Positions 1-10,557 of a stretch of DNA of 64,000 nt are shown in pieces (the first letter of the stretch is position 1; each line of letters opens with the position of its first letter). A program made the position numbers and the translations under genes. Source of the stretch: a virus (lineage: Duplodnaviria > Caudoviricetes). The notes under the pieces are model-generated. The model saw nothing but the letters and a program-made list of their open reading frames with translations, was not told the DNA's origin and made no database searches. The stretch lies in the IMG/VR virus record IMGVR_UViG_3300050491_000011; one strand, given 5' to 3'.

Positions 1-2
1 AC

Positions 3-1661
3 ATGCTACCCGCGTTGCTCTGGATTCTGCATGCCTCGGATGCAGACCTTAAGCACATCGCTCCAATTACACGACTCGATATCACCGAAGGCGCTACTAG
101 CGACTTCCACGATGACGGTCTTTATTCCACTCGAATCTTTGGGATGGTTGGCTCCACTGAGCGTGATGAGATTTACGGCAAGATCGATCTTAAAGTAAAC
201 ATCATCCACCCCAAGGTCTATCGTGATTTGGTAGGTCAGCGCGATCTGTACAAGACTATTCTTGACGGCACCCGCATGGCTAAGTTTGACGAGGCAGAAG
301 GTGACTTCGTTGCGAGCATTGATGAGGATGCCGAAACTGGCTTCTCGTTCTTCATGCGCTACCTCGACAAGATCCAGCTGAAGACAAACAAATCTCCAGC
401 GCGTAACGAGCGGATCAAGTTCCTTGAGAAGTGGCGTCACCGTTGGTTGATGAAGAACCTCATCGTTATGCCTGCTGGTTTGCGTGACGTGGAGATGGGT
501 GAAGATGGTCGCGTGACTAAGCACGAGATCAACGAGTATTACTTCAAAGCGATTTCCATCACCAACACGATTACCCGCTCAAGCGACATGGAGTCGTCGG
601 CGTACGATCAGGCACGTCTTTCCCTGACCTTGATCATCAACGAGCTGTACAAGTACCTGGAGCGCTTCCAGGGCGGTAAGGATGGCTTCCTTAAAGATAA
701 GTGGGCCTCTCGCCGTGTACGTGAAGGTACTCGTAACGTATTGACCTCCATGAACACCACCGGTGTCAGTTTGGACTCCCCTAACGTACCGAGCTTTGAC
801 AGTACGGTGTTGGGTGTTTACCAGACAGCAGTGGGTCTTGCGCCGTTGGTCATACACTGGCTGCGCACAGGATTCCTGTCGAAGGTTATGGCGGCTGGTG
901 AAGGTGACGTTTCTCTGGTTGATCCGAAGACTCTCAAACGTACGTGGGTTTCCCTCTCGGCGTATGAGCGTGACCGTTGGATTACCGAAGATGGTCAGCG
1001 TGATGTCATCAACCACTTGATCGATAACGAAGCTCGTGGTCGTCCTATCATGATCAACGGCTGCTATCTGTCGTTGGTTTATCTGGGCGAGGATACCTTC
1101 AAGGTGTTCGACTCCATTGACGAACTACCTGCTGGCTTTGATAAAGCCAATGTCCACCCAATGACGTTGATCGAACTGATCTACCTCTGCGGGTATTCCA
1201 AGTGGGCGAAGTACTTCACGGACATCGTTCGTTATCCGGTTACCGGTGATGACTCGACTTACCCGTCGCGCATCTACGTTAAGTCCACCTCTGTTGGCGA
1301 AGTTCGCTGGGAGATGGATGAGAACTGGGAGAAGCAGACCGGCGATGAGTTCATGGCCGTTGAGTATCCGAAGTTCGGCTTGACCACGTATCACGATTCT
1401 GAATCACCGCACCCAAGCCGTCTTAGCGGCCTCGGCGCTGACTTTGACGGTGACACCGGCTCATCTACCAAAGTCATGATGAAAGAATCGCTCGAAGAAA
1501 CTGAGCGGTATCTCGGAACACGCGCTGCGTGGGTAACTCCTTCTGGAGCTCCTCGTGCGTCTGTGGTTTACGATACCTCCGAATTGGTCATCCGTAACTT
1601 GACCAGTCGATTCAATCATGTCGTTCAGAATGCTGACACTATTCGTAAGTCGGTGGACTGA
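3..1661 (+). CDS. Virion RNA polymerase beta'-like catalytic subunit (phiKZ gp180-like); the 5' end may lie at or beyond the window edge
   Basis: GADFDGD metal-binding motif (1434-1454). The N-terminus has GLYSTRIFG and the middle has IVMPAGLRD, both beta'-like. It lies directly upstream of a large beta-like gene. Confidence 0.9.
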   Translation: MLPALLWILHASDADLKHIAPITRLDITEGATSDFHDDGLYSTRIFGMVGSTERDEIYGKIDLKVNIIHPKVYRDLVGQRDLYKTILDGTRMAKFDEAEGDFVASIDEDAETGFSFFMRYLDKIQLKTNKSPARNERIKFLEKWRHRWLMKNLIVMPAGLRDVEMGEDGRVTKHEINEYYFKAISITNTITRSSDMESSAYDQARLSLTLIINELYKYLERFQGGKDGFLKDKWASRRVREGTRNVLTSMNTTGVSLDSPNVPSFDSTVLGVYQTAVGLAPLVIHWLRTGFLSKVMAAGEGDVSLVDPKTLKRTWVSLSAYERDRWITEDGQRDVINHLIDNEARGRPIMINGCYLSLVYLGEDTFKVFDSIDELPAGFDKANVHPMTLIELIYLCGYSKWAKYFTDIVRYPVTGDDSTYPSRIYVKSTSVGEVRWEMDENWEKQTGDEFMAVEYPKFGLTTYHDSESPHPSRLSGLGADFDGDTGSSTKVMMKESLEETERYLGTRAAWVTPSGAPRASVVYDTSELVIRNLTSRFNHVVQNADTIRKSVD

Positions 1662-1681
1662 TCCACGGGGATATCTCAATC

Positions 1682-4600
1682 ATGTCTGAAATGTTAAATC
1701 TCGACGTTTATGTCAGACAGTTCAGTTTGTGGCGGCAATCGGAGATCAATGCTCCGAAGCTTTACCCGATCGCAAAGCTCTGTCTGCCTAAGTTGTCGAT
1801 CCTGCATTACGCAAACGTTGACGGTGTGTCCGTAGGTCCTCAAGCATCTGATCAGATCTTTCTGACTCGTCAGGCGCTTTTGTACATCGACCACAAGAGC
1901 CGTTACATCGATCCAATTGGCAACCCTGTGAAGACCCTCAGCAACGTTGAGGGTATGATCACTGAGTACCGTCGCCGTAATCGCGCGTTTCGTCCCATGC
2001 GCAAGCTGGAGCGGCTGGAGAACGATAAACAGTCTCTGGTCATCTACAACTACTCCATGCTGGCGCACATCGTCAAGTATTCAGCGTCTTTCCGCGCTTC
2101 GTACTTCATGTGGTACAACATCTACCACGAAGTTATTCTGAACATGAACCACTTGGCGCAGGTTAGTAACCGCCAACAGTTCATTGAGATTGACCTCCCA
2201 GACGTCATCCCTCCTCTCGCTGCATTGCGTGAGTATTCGAATAACCTCACGGCTCAAACGCTGGCGAAGTTCAGGACACCTGAAGCTAAGCTCTTGGCTG
2301 ACCTCTTCATGTGGGCTGGTCCTGATCGGGCTAAGAGCCTGTTCGGTAAGCTCGAGTCCGATAACCTGAGTAAGATCAACCTGATCGTTCGTCGTTTGAA
2401 TGGCTGGGTGGTGATCAACCTCGGGTGGTTGGATTCGTTCCGTTCCGAGAAGAACCTTCCTGAGGGTCTCGATCCTAAGGAGAAGAAGCGTCGTGAGAAA
2501 GGTGAGGAACCAAAGACCTTCTCGCTGCGTTTCCTGAAGCTGTTGACCACGATCCATCAAGGCACTACGCCGATTGCCACTGAAACCGGTGATTCGGTGT
2601 TGGAAGAGCCTCTGGTTGAAGTTAACCCAGATGACGCGAAGATCGACTCGCAAGACTTCGACCTCGAAGACGAGATGACCGCGCTGGGCGATTCCAATCA
2701 GTTGATGGACGATGACGTTGAACTCTCCAAGCTTGAGAAAGAGCTGGAAGAACTCGACAAGTTGAAAGATCTGTTCGCCACTTCCGAACAAGTCGACGAA
2801 GACGGTGACCTGATTGAACAGAAGGTTATCAACGTTGACCTCATGGCCCAGAAAGCAGGTGTCGCCAAAGAAGGCGAGGCAATGCTCAACAAGGCTAATG
2901 AACTGTACGGCAAGGGGTTGCTTACCCAAGGTGAGTATCGTCGCTTAGAGCGCCTCTCAACCGTCTACGAGACACTCCCTAACCCCTACGGTGGTGAAGG
3001 TAACTTCGTTGACGCGATGAAGATCACTCGTGAAGACGTTTTGGTCGACCCTCAGGAGTTGACCAACGATTCCGTGGTGACTGATAAGTCGTTGGCATTT
3101 AGCCGTGTGGATGCTGTTGATCAGAAGTACATCAAAACTGTACTGAAGAAAGACATCATGCGTGCTGTGTCTTCGATGCAGAAGGGCGCCGTAGCGATTA
3201 CGAGTTACGTGGTCGATCGTAAGATCGATGCCGTGAACGATCGTGAGATGCACATCGTCAAGTTTGCGCCGGCTGTTGGTGTTCCTTCCACAGTCAAGTT
3301 CGAGCTTCCGACTATTCGTGAAGATGGCACGTTCCTGTATAACGGTACTGAATACCGGATGCGGAAACAACGTTCCGACTTGCCTATTCGTAAGGTAGGT
3401 CCTAATCGGGTGGCGCTGTCCAGCTACTACTCGAAGATCTTCGTTGAACGGTCGAACCGCAAGAAGTTCGATTACGGCAAATGGCTCTTGGGTCAGCTGA
3501 CCGTTAAATGTCTCGATCCAGAAGACCCGCACATCTCCAACGCTGTGCTGTCTGATGCAACCAACTTCAAAGCTGACGTACCGATGGTCTACTCGACTAT
3601 CGCCGGTAGCATTGCGGCGTTCACGGTTGACAAGCTGGATCTGTACTTCGATTACAAACACCGGATCAAGAAGTTCAACTACACCAAGGAAGAACTGTCG
3701 CTCGAGAAAGGCGGCTACGTTCTCTGCGGTCGTTCCAAGATGGGTCCGCTGGTCATGGCTCCTAACGGCATGATCTACGTCCATTGGAAGAACGAGCTGC
3801 AAGACCTGGGTACGGTTGAGTCTCTGTGCGGTATCGAGATGAGTGCTGAGTCGACGCCGATGTACATGGCTGAGATGAAGATCTACTCGAAGACCATTCC
3901 GGTAGGCTTCGCACTGGCTTACCTGCTGGGTATCGACGAACTGCTCAAAGTGCTTAACGTCGTTCCACGACGTGCATTGGTTGGCGAACGTCTGAACCTT
4001 CAGCCGGATGAGTACGCAATCCGCTTCAAGAACGAATCGCTGATCTTCAAGCGCAGCGACGTAATGGCGGGGATGCTGCTGAGTGGCTTCAACCTTTACC
4101 ATGCTGTCATCCGCAACTACGACATTGAACTGTTTAACGACAGGGATGTGTACGCTGCTGTACTTGAGCGTAGTGGTGTAGGTTCGCGCTATGTCCGTGA
4201 GCTCGATGCGTTGAACACTTTGTTCATCGACCCGATTACCGAAGACTTGCTCGAATGGATGAAAGAACCTACGACCTTCACCGGTCTTCTGGTTCGTGCT
4301 ACCGAGATGCTCCAAACCAACATGGTGCGTGTGCGCCGTGACGACAAGGACCGTCTGGTAGAAGGTCTGGAAAGGGTTCGTGGTTACGAACGTGTGGCGG
4401 GGGTGGTTTACGAGACACTCTCGAAGGCTATCCGTTCTTACACGACTCGTTCGGCTACTGGCCGGGCATCGGTTGTGGTTAACCCGAACGACACCATCAA
4501 CGCGCTGGTGCAAGATCCAACCACATCTCCAGTAAACAACATCAACCCGATCCACAGCTTGCGGGAACGGGAAGTTATCACCTTCGGTGGTCGTGGTGGT

Positions 4601-5956
4601 CGTAGCCGTCGTGCGATGGTTGCAAACACCCGTCTGTTTACTGATGAAGACATGGGCTTTATCTCGGAAGGTACGGTTGACTCCGGTGACGTGGCAATCA
4701 TCACCTATCTGTCTCCGAACTCCAACCTGACCTCTGTACGTGGTACGGTTCGGATGTACGATGCAGAACGAGACGGTGCTTCGGCATTGTTCTCCACCGC
4801 AGGCTTGCTCAGCTTCGGTGCGGACGGCGATGACCCTAAACGTCTGAACTTCATTCAAGTACAGCACGGTCACGGTATCATGACTGTGGGCTCGGAAGTT
4901 CAAGGCGCTCGTACCGGCATGGAGCGAGTAATCGCTGCCCGGATGAGTCCTGAGTTTGCTGTTACCGCGAAGCAAGATGGCGAGGTTACTGAGATCGCCG
5001 CTGATGCAATCACCGTTACCATGAAGGATGGTACTGTTGCTAAGTACCCACTCGGATTGGTTCACACGACTGCTGAAGGTTCTGTGTATCCGAACATCAT
5101 CGCTACGACCCTTAAGGTCGGTGAGAAGGTGAGCGAGTACGACGTCATTACCTACAACAAAGGCTTCTTCAAACCAAGCATGTTGGACAAGCGTCGTGTT
5201 GACTACATGAACGGTTGCATTGGCCGCATTGCACTTCGTGAAGCCACGTACACCGTAGAAGACAGTAGCTCCATCTCTGTTGATTTCGCCAAGCGTATGG
5301 GTACTTACGTCAGCAAGCTCAAGACGATTGTAGTCGACTTCCATGACGGCATTAGTGGGTTGGTTAAGGAAGGTGATAAGACTGACCTTGACACAATTCT
5401 ATGCACGATTGAAGGCGCGGTTTCGTCTGCTGCCGGGCTTTATGACGACGCTACGCGGGAGACACTCCGTAACTGGGCAGCGATGACGCCGAAGGCTAAG
5501 GCCGTGGGTGTGGTTGCCAAGGTCGAGGTCTTTTACAACGGTGAGATCGACTCGATGTCCGACAGCCTGATGTCTATCGTGGCTGATTCGGAGAAAGAGC
5601 GCAAACGCTCTGCCAAACGTCTGGGCAAGGAATATGTTCCTGCTCGCGTAGGACGCAACGTTCGTATCGACGGACACACGCTTGAAGACCGTCAGGCTAT
5701 CATCATGGTTTACATCACCACCCCGGTGGGAATGGGCATCGGCGATAAGCTGGTAATTGCCAACCAGATGAAGTCTACAGTCGGTGAGATCCTCATCGGT
5801 AGCAACCGGACTCTTGAGGGTGAGTTCATCGACGCGATCTTCGGTGCTAAGTCGGTAATTGACCGGATCGTAACAAGTCCGTTCGATATCGGAACGACCA
5901 ACACCGTCCTGCGCTTTATCGGCGAAGAAGCATACGCTGATTATTTTGGCGAGTAA
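1682..5956 (+). CDS. Virion RNA polymerase beta-like subunit (phiKZ gp178-like) with a long N-terminal extension
   Basis: 1424 aa. Has the beta-type motifs GTVDSGDVA, KRLNFIQVQHGH and the C-terminal GMGIGDKLVIANQMKSTV. An acidic segment spans roughly aa 300-380. Adjacent to the beta' gene. Confidence 0.9.
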   Translation: MSEMLNLDVYVRQFSLWRQSEINAPKLYPIAKLCLPKLSILHYANVDGVSVGPQASDQIFLTRQALLYIDHKSRYIDPIGNPVKTLSNVEGMITEYRRRNRAFRPMRKLERLENDKQSLVIYNYSMLAHIVKYSASFRASYFMWYNIYHEVILNMNHLAQVSNRQQFIEIDLPDVIPPLAALREYSNNLTAQTLAKFRTPEAKLLADLFMWAGPDRAKSLFGKLESDNLSKINLIVRRLNGWVVINLGWLDSFRSEKNLPEGLDPKEKKRREKGEEPKTFSLRFLKLLTTIHQGTTPIATETGDSVLEEPLVEVNPDDAKIDSQDFDLEDEMTALGDSNQLMDDDVELSKLEKELEELDKLKDLFATSEQVDEDGDLIEQKVINVDLMAQKAGVAKEGEAMLNKANELYGKGLLTQGEYRRLERLSTVYETLPNPYGGEGNFVDAMKITREDVLVDPQELTNDSVVTDKSLAFSRVDAVDQKYIKTVLKKDIMRAVSSMQKGAVAITSYVVDRKIDAVNDREMHIVKFAPAVGVPSTVKFELPTIREDGTFLYNGTEYRMRKQRSDLPIRKVGPNRVALSSYYSKIFVERSNRKKFDYGKWLLGQLTVKCLDPEDPHISNAVLSDATNFKADVPMVYSTIAGSIAAFTVDKLDLYFDYKHRIKKFNYTKEELSLEKGGYVLCGRSKMGPLVMAPNGMIYVHWKNELQDLGTVESLCGIEMSAESTPMYMAEMKIYSKTIPVGFALAYLLGIDELLKVLNVVPRRALVGERLNLQPDEYAIRFKNESLIFKRSDVMAGMLLSGFNLYHAVIRNYDIELFNDRDVYAAVLERSGVGSRYVRELDALNTLFIDPITEDLLEWMKEPTTFTGLLVRATEMLQTNMVRVRRDDKDRLVEGLERVRGYERVAGVVYETLSKAIRSYTTRSATGRASVVVNPNDTINALVQDPTTSPVNNINPIHSLREREVITFGGRGGRSRRAMVANTRLFTDEDMGFISEGTVDSGDVAIITYLSPNSNLTSVRGTVRMYDAERDGASALFSTAGLLSFGADGDDPKRLNFIQVQHGHGIMTVGSEVQGARTGMERVIAARMSPEFAVTAKQDGEVTEIAADAITVTMKDGTVAKYPLGLVHTTAEGSVYPNIIATTLKVGEKVSEYDVITYNKGFFKPSMLDKRRVDYMNGCIGRIALREATYTVEDSSSISVDFAKRMGTYVSKLKTIVVDFHDGISGLVKEGDKTDLDTILCTIEGAVSSAAGLYDDATRETLRNWAAMTPKAKAVGVVAKVEVFYNGEIDSMSDSLMSIVADSEKERKRSAKRLGKEYVPARVGRNVRIDGHTLEDRQAIIMVYITTPVGMGIGDKLVIANQMKSTVGEILIGSNRTLEGEFIDAIFGAKSVIDRIVTSPFDIGTTNTVLRFIGEEAYADYFGE

Positions 5957-5966
5957 ATAAAACACA

Positions 5967-5997
5967 CCACTCCCGGAAGACCGGGAGTGGCTGTATG
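5967..5997 (+). terminator. GC hairpin followed by TATG (terminator and/or late-promoter cassette)
   Basis: CCACTCCCGG-AAGA-CCGGGAGTGG at 5967-5990, TATG at 5994-5997, in the intergenic gap. Confidence 0.6.
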
Positions 5998-6019
5998 TAT
6001 ATAGTCGAGGTATTTCCTG

Positions 6020-6211
6020 ATGTCTCCCAATGAAATTAAGAATTTGCCTATTCTGGCAACCGCTATCCAACTGATCGGCGACGTAGCCCTGAACGTTATC
6101 GGCAACGACGTTGCTGCTGAAGTTGATGGCATCAAAGTCACCCAGTCTTCGGTCAAGGTATTGGCTGTTGCTTCCCTGAACAAAGTACTGAGCGAGAAAT
6201 GCCATGCTTGA
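6020..6211 (+). CDS. Small hypothetical protein (63 aa) in the vRNAP/head operon
   Basis: GAGG ribosome-binding site upstream; its stop overlaps the next start; it fills the gap between two conserved genes. Confidence 0.6.
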   Translation: MSPNEIKNLPILATAIQLIGDVALNVIGNDVAAEVDGIKVTQSSVKVLAVASLNKVLSEKCHA

Positions 6212-7595
6212 GCCTAGCGCTATTGCCGCAGCAATTCCTCTTTCCCAGATGTTGTCTGAAAAAGGCATCTCGCTGGATGCCCACGCTGACACCCCGCTTG
6301 CCTGCATCGTACGTGACGCTCCGCTGGTTGGCTTCAATCCAGGCGACGCTTCCTACGACGCTATCAGCGCTGCACTGTTGAACGCTAGCCGCGGTGAATC
6401 CCACGCTGCCATGCTGGCCGAGTGCATCGATCTGGTTACCGTATCGGTTCGCCGTACCCTGGACTTCAGCCGCAACACCGTGATCCCTCACGTCCGTCGC
6501 GTTCTGGAAGCATTCACTGCACGTCTGGAAGGCCTGGACATCGTTCCTTTGCCGTTCACGCTGAAGTTCAACTACCTGCCTGAGATCTACAAGCTGGCCG
6601 CCGGCTTGCAGTTCGTTGAGCGTTGGGAGAACAACCCAACTGCCAGCACTCCGGGCGCGTTGACTCTGGGTACTTACTCCCCAGCTGAAATCGAAAGCCT
6701 GGCACAGCTGACCGACGAAGGTGGCTTCAACGAATCCCTCAAGGAACTGTTGAGCGCTGATGACGGCCGTGGCCTGTCTGCAATCGCTGACGTACTGAGC
6801 GGCCGCGTTGGTATCGCCAACATGCCGGTAGAGTTCTCTCTGCCACTGGCTATTGTTCTGCGCAACATCGAAACGCCGAAAGAAGGCGTGCAGTCTTCGC
6901 TGACTGCGTACAACGATGCTCGCTCGGTTCTGTCCAACGTTGCTGCCAAGCGCGCTCTGGGTCTGATCGATCAACTGAACATCCAGCTCAAGAACAAGTC
7001 CCTGTATAAGGGTAACTTCGTTAAAGAGCTGGGCGTGATCGAACTGACAGGTGAGGTTTACAAGATCCTTCTGAACGAAGGTCTGACCTCTGAAGCCGTG
7101 ATCGGTAACGAACTGATCGGCCGTAAGTACATCGGCGGGCAGATGCTCAGCCCTGAAGTCATTGCTGAACTGACTGACGTCTATGCTCGCGATCACGCTG
7201 TGCGCAAGCAGGCTGTCAGCATCAGCAAGCACGAACACACCCGCAAGGCTCTGCAAGCTGTTCTGCGTGAAGACGTGAACGTGATCGCAGAGAAGGGCGA
7301 GTTCGTGATCGAAGGCGATACCGCTGATAAAGCGTGGGGTCGTCTGCGTGAGTTCATCGACGCTCTGTACGAACACAACGGTCTGCAATTCGAACCGGCT
7401 GGTGTTATCACTGCGGCAATCTGCGTGGTTTGGTACGCCCACACCGACTCGGCCCGCGTGATCGACATCATGTTCAAGATCGAGAAAGAGCAGCCTGGTC
7501 TGCCAGCGAAAGAAGTAGCCACCCTCGCCACCATTCAGTATCTGAGTGAGTGGGTCGGCAGCATGATGCTTCCATCGAAGGCTGAAGCTGCTTAA
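6204..7595 (+). CDS. Virion (head/ejection) protein, phiKZ gp177-like by position
   Basis: 463 aa with strongly biased codon usage, lying between the vRNAP beta gene and the protease block. The assignment is by synteny. Confidence 0.6.
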   Translation: MLEPSAIAAAIPLSQMLSEKGISLDAHADTPLACIVRDAPLVGFNPGDASYDAISAALLNASRGESHAAMLAECIDLVTVSVRRTLDFSRNTVIPHVRRVLEAFTARLEGLDIVPLPFTLKFNYLPEIYKLAAGLQFVERWENNPTASTPGALTLGTYSPAEIESLAQLTDEGGFNESLKELLSADDGRGLSAIADVLSGRVGIANMPVEFSLPLAIVLRNIETPKEGVQSSLTAYNDARSVLSNVAAKRALGLIDQLNIQLKNKSLYKGNFVKELGVIELTGEVYKILLNEGLTSEAVIGNELIGRKYIGGQMLSPEVIAELTDVYARDHAVRKQAVSISKHEHTRKALQAVLREDVNVIAEKGEFVIEGDTADKAWGRLREFIDALYEHNGLQFEPAGVITAAICVVWYAHTDSARVIDIMFKIEKEQPGLPAKEVATLATIQYLSEWVGSMMLPSKAEAA

Positions 7596-7614
7596 TCCTC
7601 AAGGGGCGTGACGT

Positions 7615-8337
7615 ATGCTTTCATCGGTATATAAACGCTCGAAGACCCGTGTGGATGCCTGCTTGAAAAAGGCGGGCACCACATTCATCGCGATGGAACC
7701 TTTGCGGATTCATATCCCTGAACGGTTTGCTGAACGTGGTCTGGCTGTGATCGAGGATGTCTCGTACATCCTCGGTTGTTTGGCCATCATCACCGAAGAC
7801 AACTATTACGCTCCATCCACTGTTACGGCTATGTTGAAGACAGAGCCTGACCGTGTGGGTCGTATCGTGATCGATGACGTCGGGTATATCGAGCTCAGCT
7901 ACAACAAGGGTTCAAAGATCATCGCGTCTACGGAACCGGTAGTGGTAGATAACTTACCTCACCGTATCTATACCGAGCTTCTTGGTAAAGGTCGTATTCC
8001 GTGGTATTACGATTACACCGACATTCCGTTCATCTTCCGTGAATCCCTTAAATACAATGGTGTGCGTTTAGGCGCGGACCTTGCTATTTGGGAATACATC
8101 GCAGCTCAACTGTGCCGTGACCCGGATAACCCAACCAGATACTGGCGGCAAGTTCCGAACGCCAAAGCTCTGCTGGCAACTAAGTCACCGTACTTTGTGG
8201 CTCTTCGTAACGTGAGTATTGGCTCAACCAACATGACGGCCCGTCTGGGCGGCTCTTATTTCGACCCAGGTATGACCAGTACGTTGGCGAATCCATCCGA
8301 TCGTAATGAACGGTTCGAGACGGTATTGCGTCGATAA
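7615..8337 (+). CDS. Probable small additional vRNAP subunit (phiKZ gp176 / SPN3US gp244 position)
   Basis: 240 aa directly upstream of the prohead protease, with a C-terminal LRNVSIGSTNMTARLGGSYF segment. Assignment by recalled synteny. Confidence 0.6.
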   Translation: MLSSVYKRSKTRVDACLKKAGTTFIAMEPLRIHIPERFAERGLAVIEDVSYILGCLAIITEDNYYAPSTVTAMLKTEPDRVGRIVIDDVGYIELSYNKGSKIIASTEPVVVDNLPHRIYTELLGKGRIPWYYDYTDIPFIFRESLKYNGVRLGADLAIWEYIAAQLCRDPDNPTRYWRQVPNAKALLATKSPYFVALRNVSIGSTNMTARLGGSYFDPGMTSTLANPSDRNERFETVLRR

Positions 8338-8348
8338 GGAATAGAATC

Positions 8349-9155
8349 ATGGGCATGCCTTCCATTCAATTGCCGAACTCCAGTCAGGTCAGTTCCTACA
8401 GCAGCATCGCTTTGGCGAATAGCGGCAAGAAGGGCGTTCTGAAGGACGTAGGTAACGGCTACAAAGAAATCCTACTGGGTGCCTTCGGTGCATTCGGTAA
8501 CGGCGGCTGGCTTTATGACACCGCCTCTGCAATGCGTTATCTGGAGAACGACCAAGAGTTCCTGCGGATGATGCAGGCAGGTCGTATCCGTGGCGAGTGG
8601 GGTCACCCAGTTCGTCCACCGGGTATGAGCGACCAAGATTGGTTCGTTCGTATCTGTACGATCGTTGAAGCCAACATGTGCTGCCACATCCGCCGTGTGC
8701 GTCCTTCGTTGGACACCGTGGTTGATGAACGTGGTCGTAAGGTTATCGCCCTCATCGGCGAAGTGAAGCCGTCTGGTAAAGAGGCTAAGGCCTTTGGCGA
8801 CATGCTGGACAATCCGGATGAAGACGTAAACTTCTCCATCCGTTGCTTTGCGAAGAAGAACTTCGGCAACATGACCAAACACATGACCAAGATCATCACT
8901 TGGGACTTCGTGTTTGATCCGGGCATTGCCCTGACCACCAAGTACAACACTCCGAGTATGGAGTCGAAGAGCGTCACTCGACAGCTCGACGAGGCTGAGT
9001 TCAACCTCGAACGTCTGCGCAATGGTTTCGACCATACGCGTCAGAACAACTCCGAAGAGAGCTTCGAAAGCGTTGCTCCAGCGGTTGAGATCCTAGGTTC
9101 TCTCTATGAGAAGACCAAGTCTCAAATCTTCGTCCCTACCTCCCTCGGCTGGTAA
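8349..9155 (+). CDS. Prohead (head maturation) serine protease, phiKZ gp175-like (T4 gp21-like clan)
   Basis: GEWGHP, VNFSIRC and TWDFVFDPG motifs; 268 aa. The C-terminal tail has SME/SFE potential self-cleavage sites. Confidence 0.9.
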   Translation: MGMPSIQLPNSSQVSSYSSIALANSGKKGVLKDVGNGYKEILLGAFGAFGNGGWLYDTASAMRYLENDQEFLRMMQAGRIRGEWGHPVRPPGMSDQDWFVRICTIVEANMCCHIRRVRPSLDTVVDERGRKVIALIGEVKPSGKEAKAFGDMLDNPDEDVNFSIRCFAKKNFGNMTKHMTKIITWDFVFDPGIALTTKYNTPSMESKSVTRQLDEAEFNLERLRNGFDHTRQNNSEESFESVAPAVEILGSLYEKTKSQIFVPTSLGW

Positions 9156-9182
9156 TTAGCCAACACAATTAGGACTGCATCC

Positions 9183-10547
9183 ATGAGCAAAGATCTCATG
9201 CTTCAATACGGCGTCGAATCCGGCGAAGTAGCACCAGAACCAGAAATGGCGAACATCACCGCTGAAGAAGCGCTGACCGACGTGTTGGTTGACGAAGCAG
9301 CCCAAGGCGGCGAAACTCTGTCCAGCCACATGGAACAGGTTGAAGAAACCAAGGACATCGCCGAACAGCTGGAAGAACTGGCTGATCGTACCGAAGCCCT
9401 GGCTGACGCTCAAGAAGAAAACCCGTCGGCTCCTGCCGTTCTCGATGTTGCTACCGAATCCGCTGCTCGCGAATTCCGTGCGATCATGCGCGCCAACAAG
9501 CTGCCGTTCACCGCGTCCAGCTTCGAAAGCAAAGCTACCGACAACCGCCTGCGTGACCTGGCCTCCGACGCTCGTCGTGTTCAGCGTATCGCCGAAGGTC
9601 ACCGTGCCAACCTGTTGGACCTGTCCAACGAAGGCGCCATCTCGCGTTTCCTGAACCGCGATGAAAGCAAGATCGCCAAAGGCATCAACGCCCTGGGCGC
9701 TGCCGAAGCTTCCCTGTCTGGTAGCCTGCAATCCCTGAAAGACCACCCGGTCATCATCACTCACGACGGCATCGCCGGGTTCCTGACCCAAGGTGATTCG
9801 CCAGTCCTGAACCTGAAACAGGGCGTCGAGAAAGATGCTGCTCACCTGGGTCACTGCCATGACGCAGTTACCAAGGCTCTGGCCACCATCGCTTCTCTGG
9901 CTAATGGCCTGAAGGCCAGCGGCGCTACCAAGGGCTCTTCCGTATCGAAGATCCTGAGCGGTAACTTCCTGGGTGACCTGAGCGGCTGCGCTACCAAGGG
10001 TCCTGCTCTGATGGGCAACTACGCTTTCATCGTTGATGGCGCTGCCGTACACGGCGTTCCTAAACTGAAGCGCGTTCGCAACACCGACAAGGCTGACGCC
10101 AAAGGTCGTGGCCGTCAGATCGCCATCGGTGCAGCCATCGGCTTCCTCGTTGGTACAGTCGTAGGCGCTGCGATCGGCGCTGCGATCGGCAACCAGGTTG
10201 GTAAACGTGATAACCGTGAAGGTAGCGGTGCTAAGTCGGCTGCTTCTGCTGCCGATCTGGTTAGCGCTATCAACACAGTGAAAGGCTTCAACAAGATCAC
10301 CGACTACAAAGTCGACACCGATGCTATCGACAAGGCGCTGAAAGATGCGCGTGCTTCCCTGGGCGAACTGTCTGCTGAAGACAAGACCGCTACCAAGAAA
10401 GCGGCCGACGCTCTGGAAGACGCTATCTCCCGTCTGGTGATCATCGCCGACTGCGCTTACGAGCAGGCGTTCTACGACATCACCACCATGGCAGCTGTTG
10501 TTACTGCCGTGGCCAAGCAGGCTGGTCAGCAAGCCGGCGACGAATAA
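9183..10547 (+). CDS. Internal head/ejection protein, paralog 1, with acidic propeptide and glycine-zipper segment
   Basis: Acidic N-terminus. ATES...REFRAIMRANKLPFTASSFES is shared with the next gene. Contains a hydrophobic GAAIG repeat. Confidence 0.7.
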   Translation: MSKDLMLQYGVESGEVAPEPEMANITAEEALTDVLVDEAAQGGETLSSHMEQVEETKDIAEQLEELADRTEALADAQEENPSAPAVLDVATESAAREFRAIMRANKLPFTASSFESKATDNRLRDLASDARRVQRIAEGHRANLLDLSNEGAISRFLNRDESKIAKGINALGAAEASLSGSLQSLKDHPVIITHDGIAGFLTQGDSPVLNLKQGVEKDAAHLGHCHDAVTKALATIASLANGLKASGATKGSSVSKILSGNFLGDLSGCATKGPALMGNYAFIVDGAAVHGVPKLKRVRNTDKADAKGRGRQIAIGAAIGFLVGTVVGAAIGAAIGNQVGKRDNREGSGAKSAASAADLVSAINTVKGFNKITDYKVDTDAIDKALKDARASLGELSAEDKTATKKAADALEDAISRLVIIADCAYEQAFYDITTMAAVVTAVAKQAGQQAGDE

Positions 10548-10557
10548 GGGGTAGATA

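Noticed and set aside
2957-5344. 795-aa minus-strand ORF (and similar ones at 43150-45351, 54897-56525, 21594-23066, 9156-10664, 59204-60502, 60987-62363)
   Set aside because: All lie exactly opposite well-supported genes and translate to non-protein-like sequence; biased codon usage leaves few stops on the reverse strand.
1-5956. Possible host rpoB/rpoC locus
   Set aside because: The subunits are split and highly divergent, present as two sets, and embedded among phage protease, tail and terminase genes. There are no ribosomal protein neighbours.
10164-10190. 12-nt direct repeat GGCGCTGCGATC x2
   Set aside because: It encodes the GAAI glycine-zipper repeat inside a CDS; not a separate DNA element.
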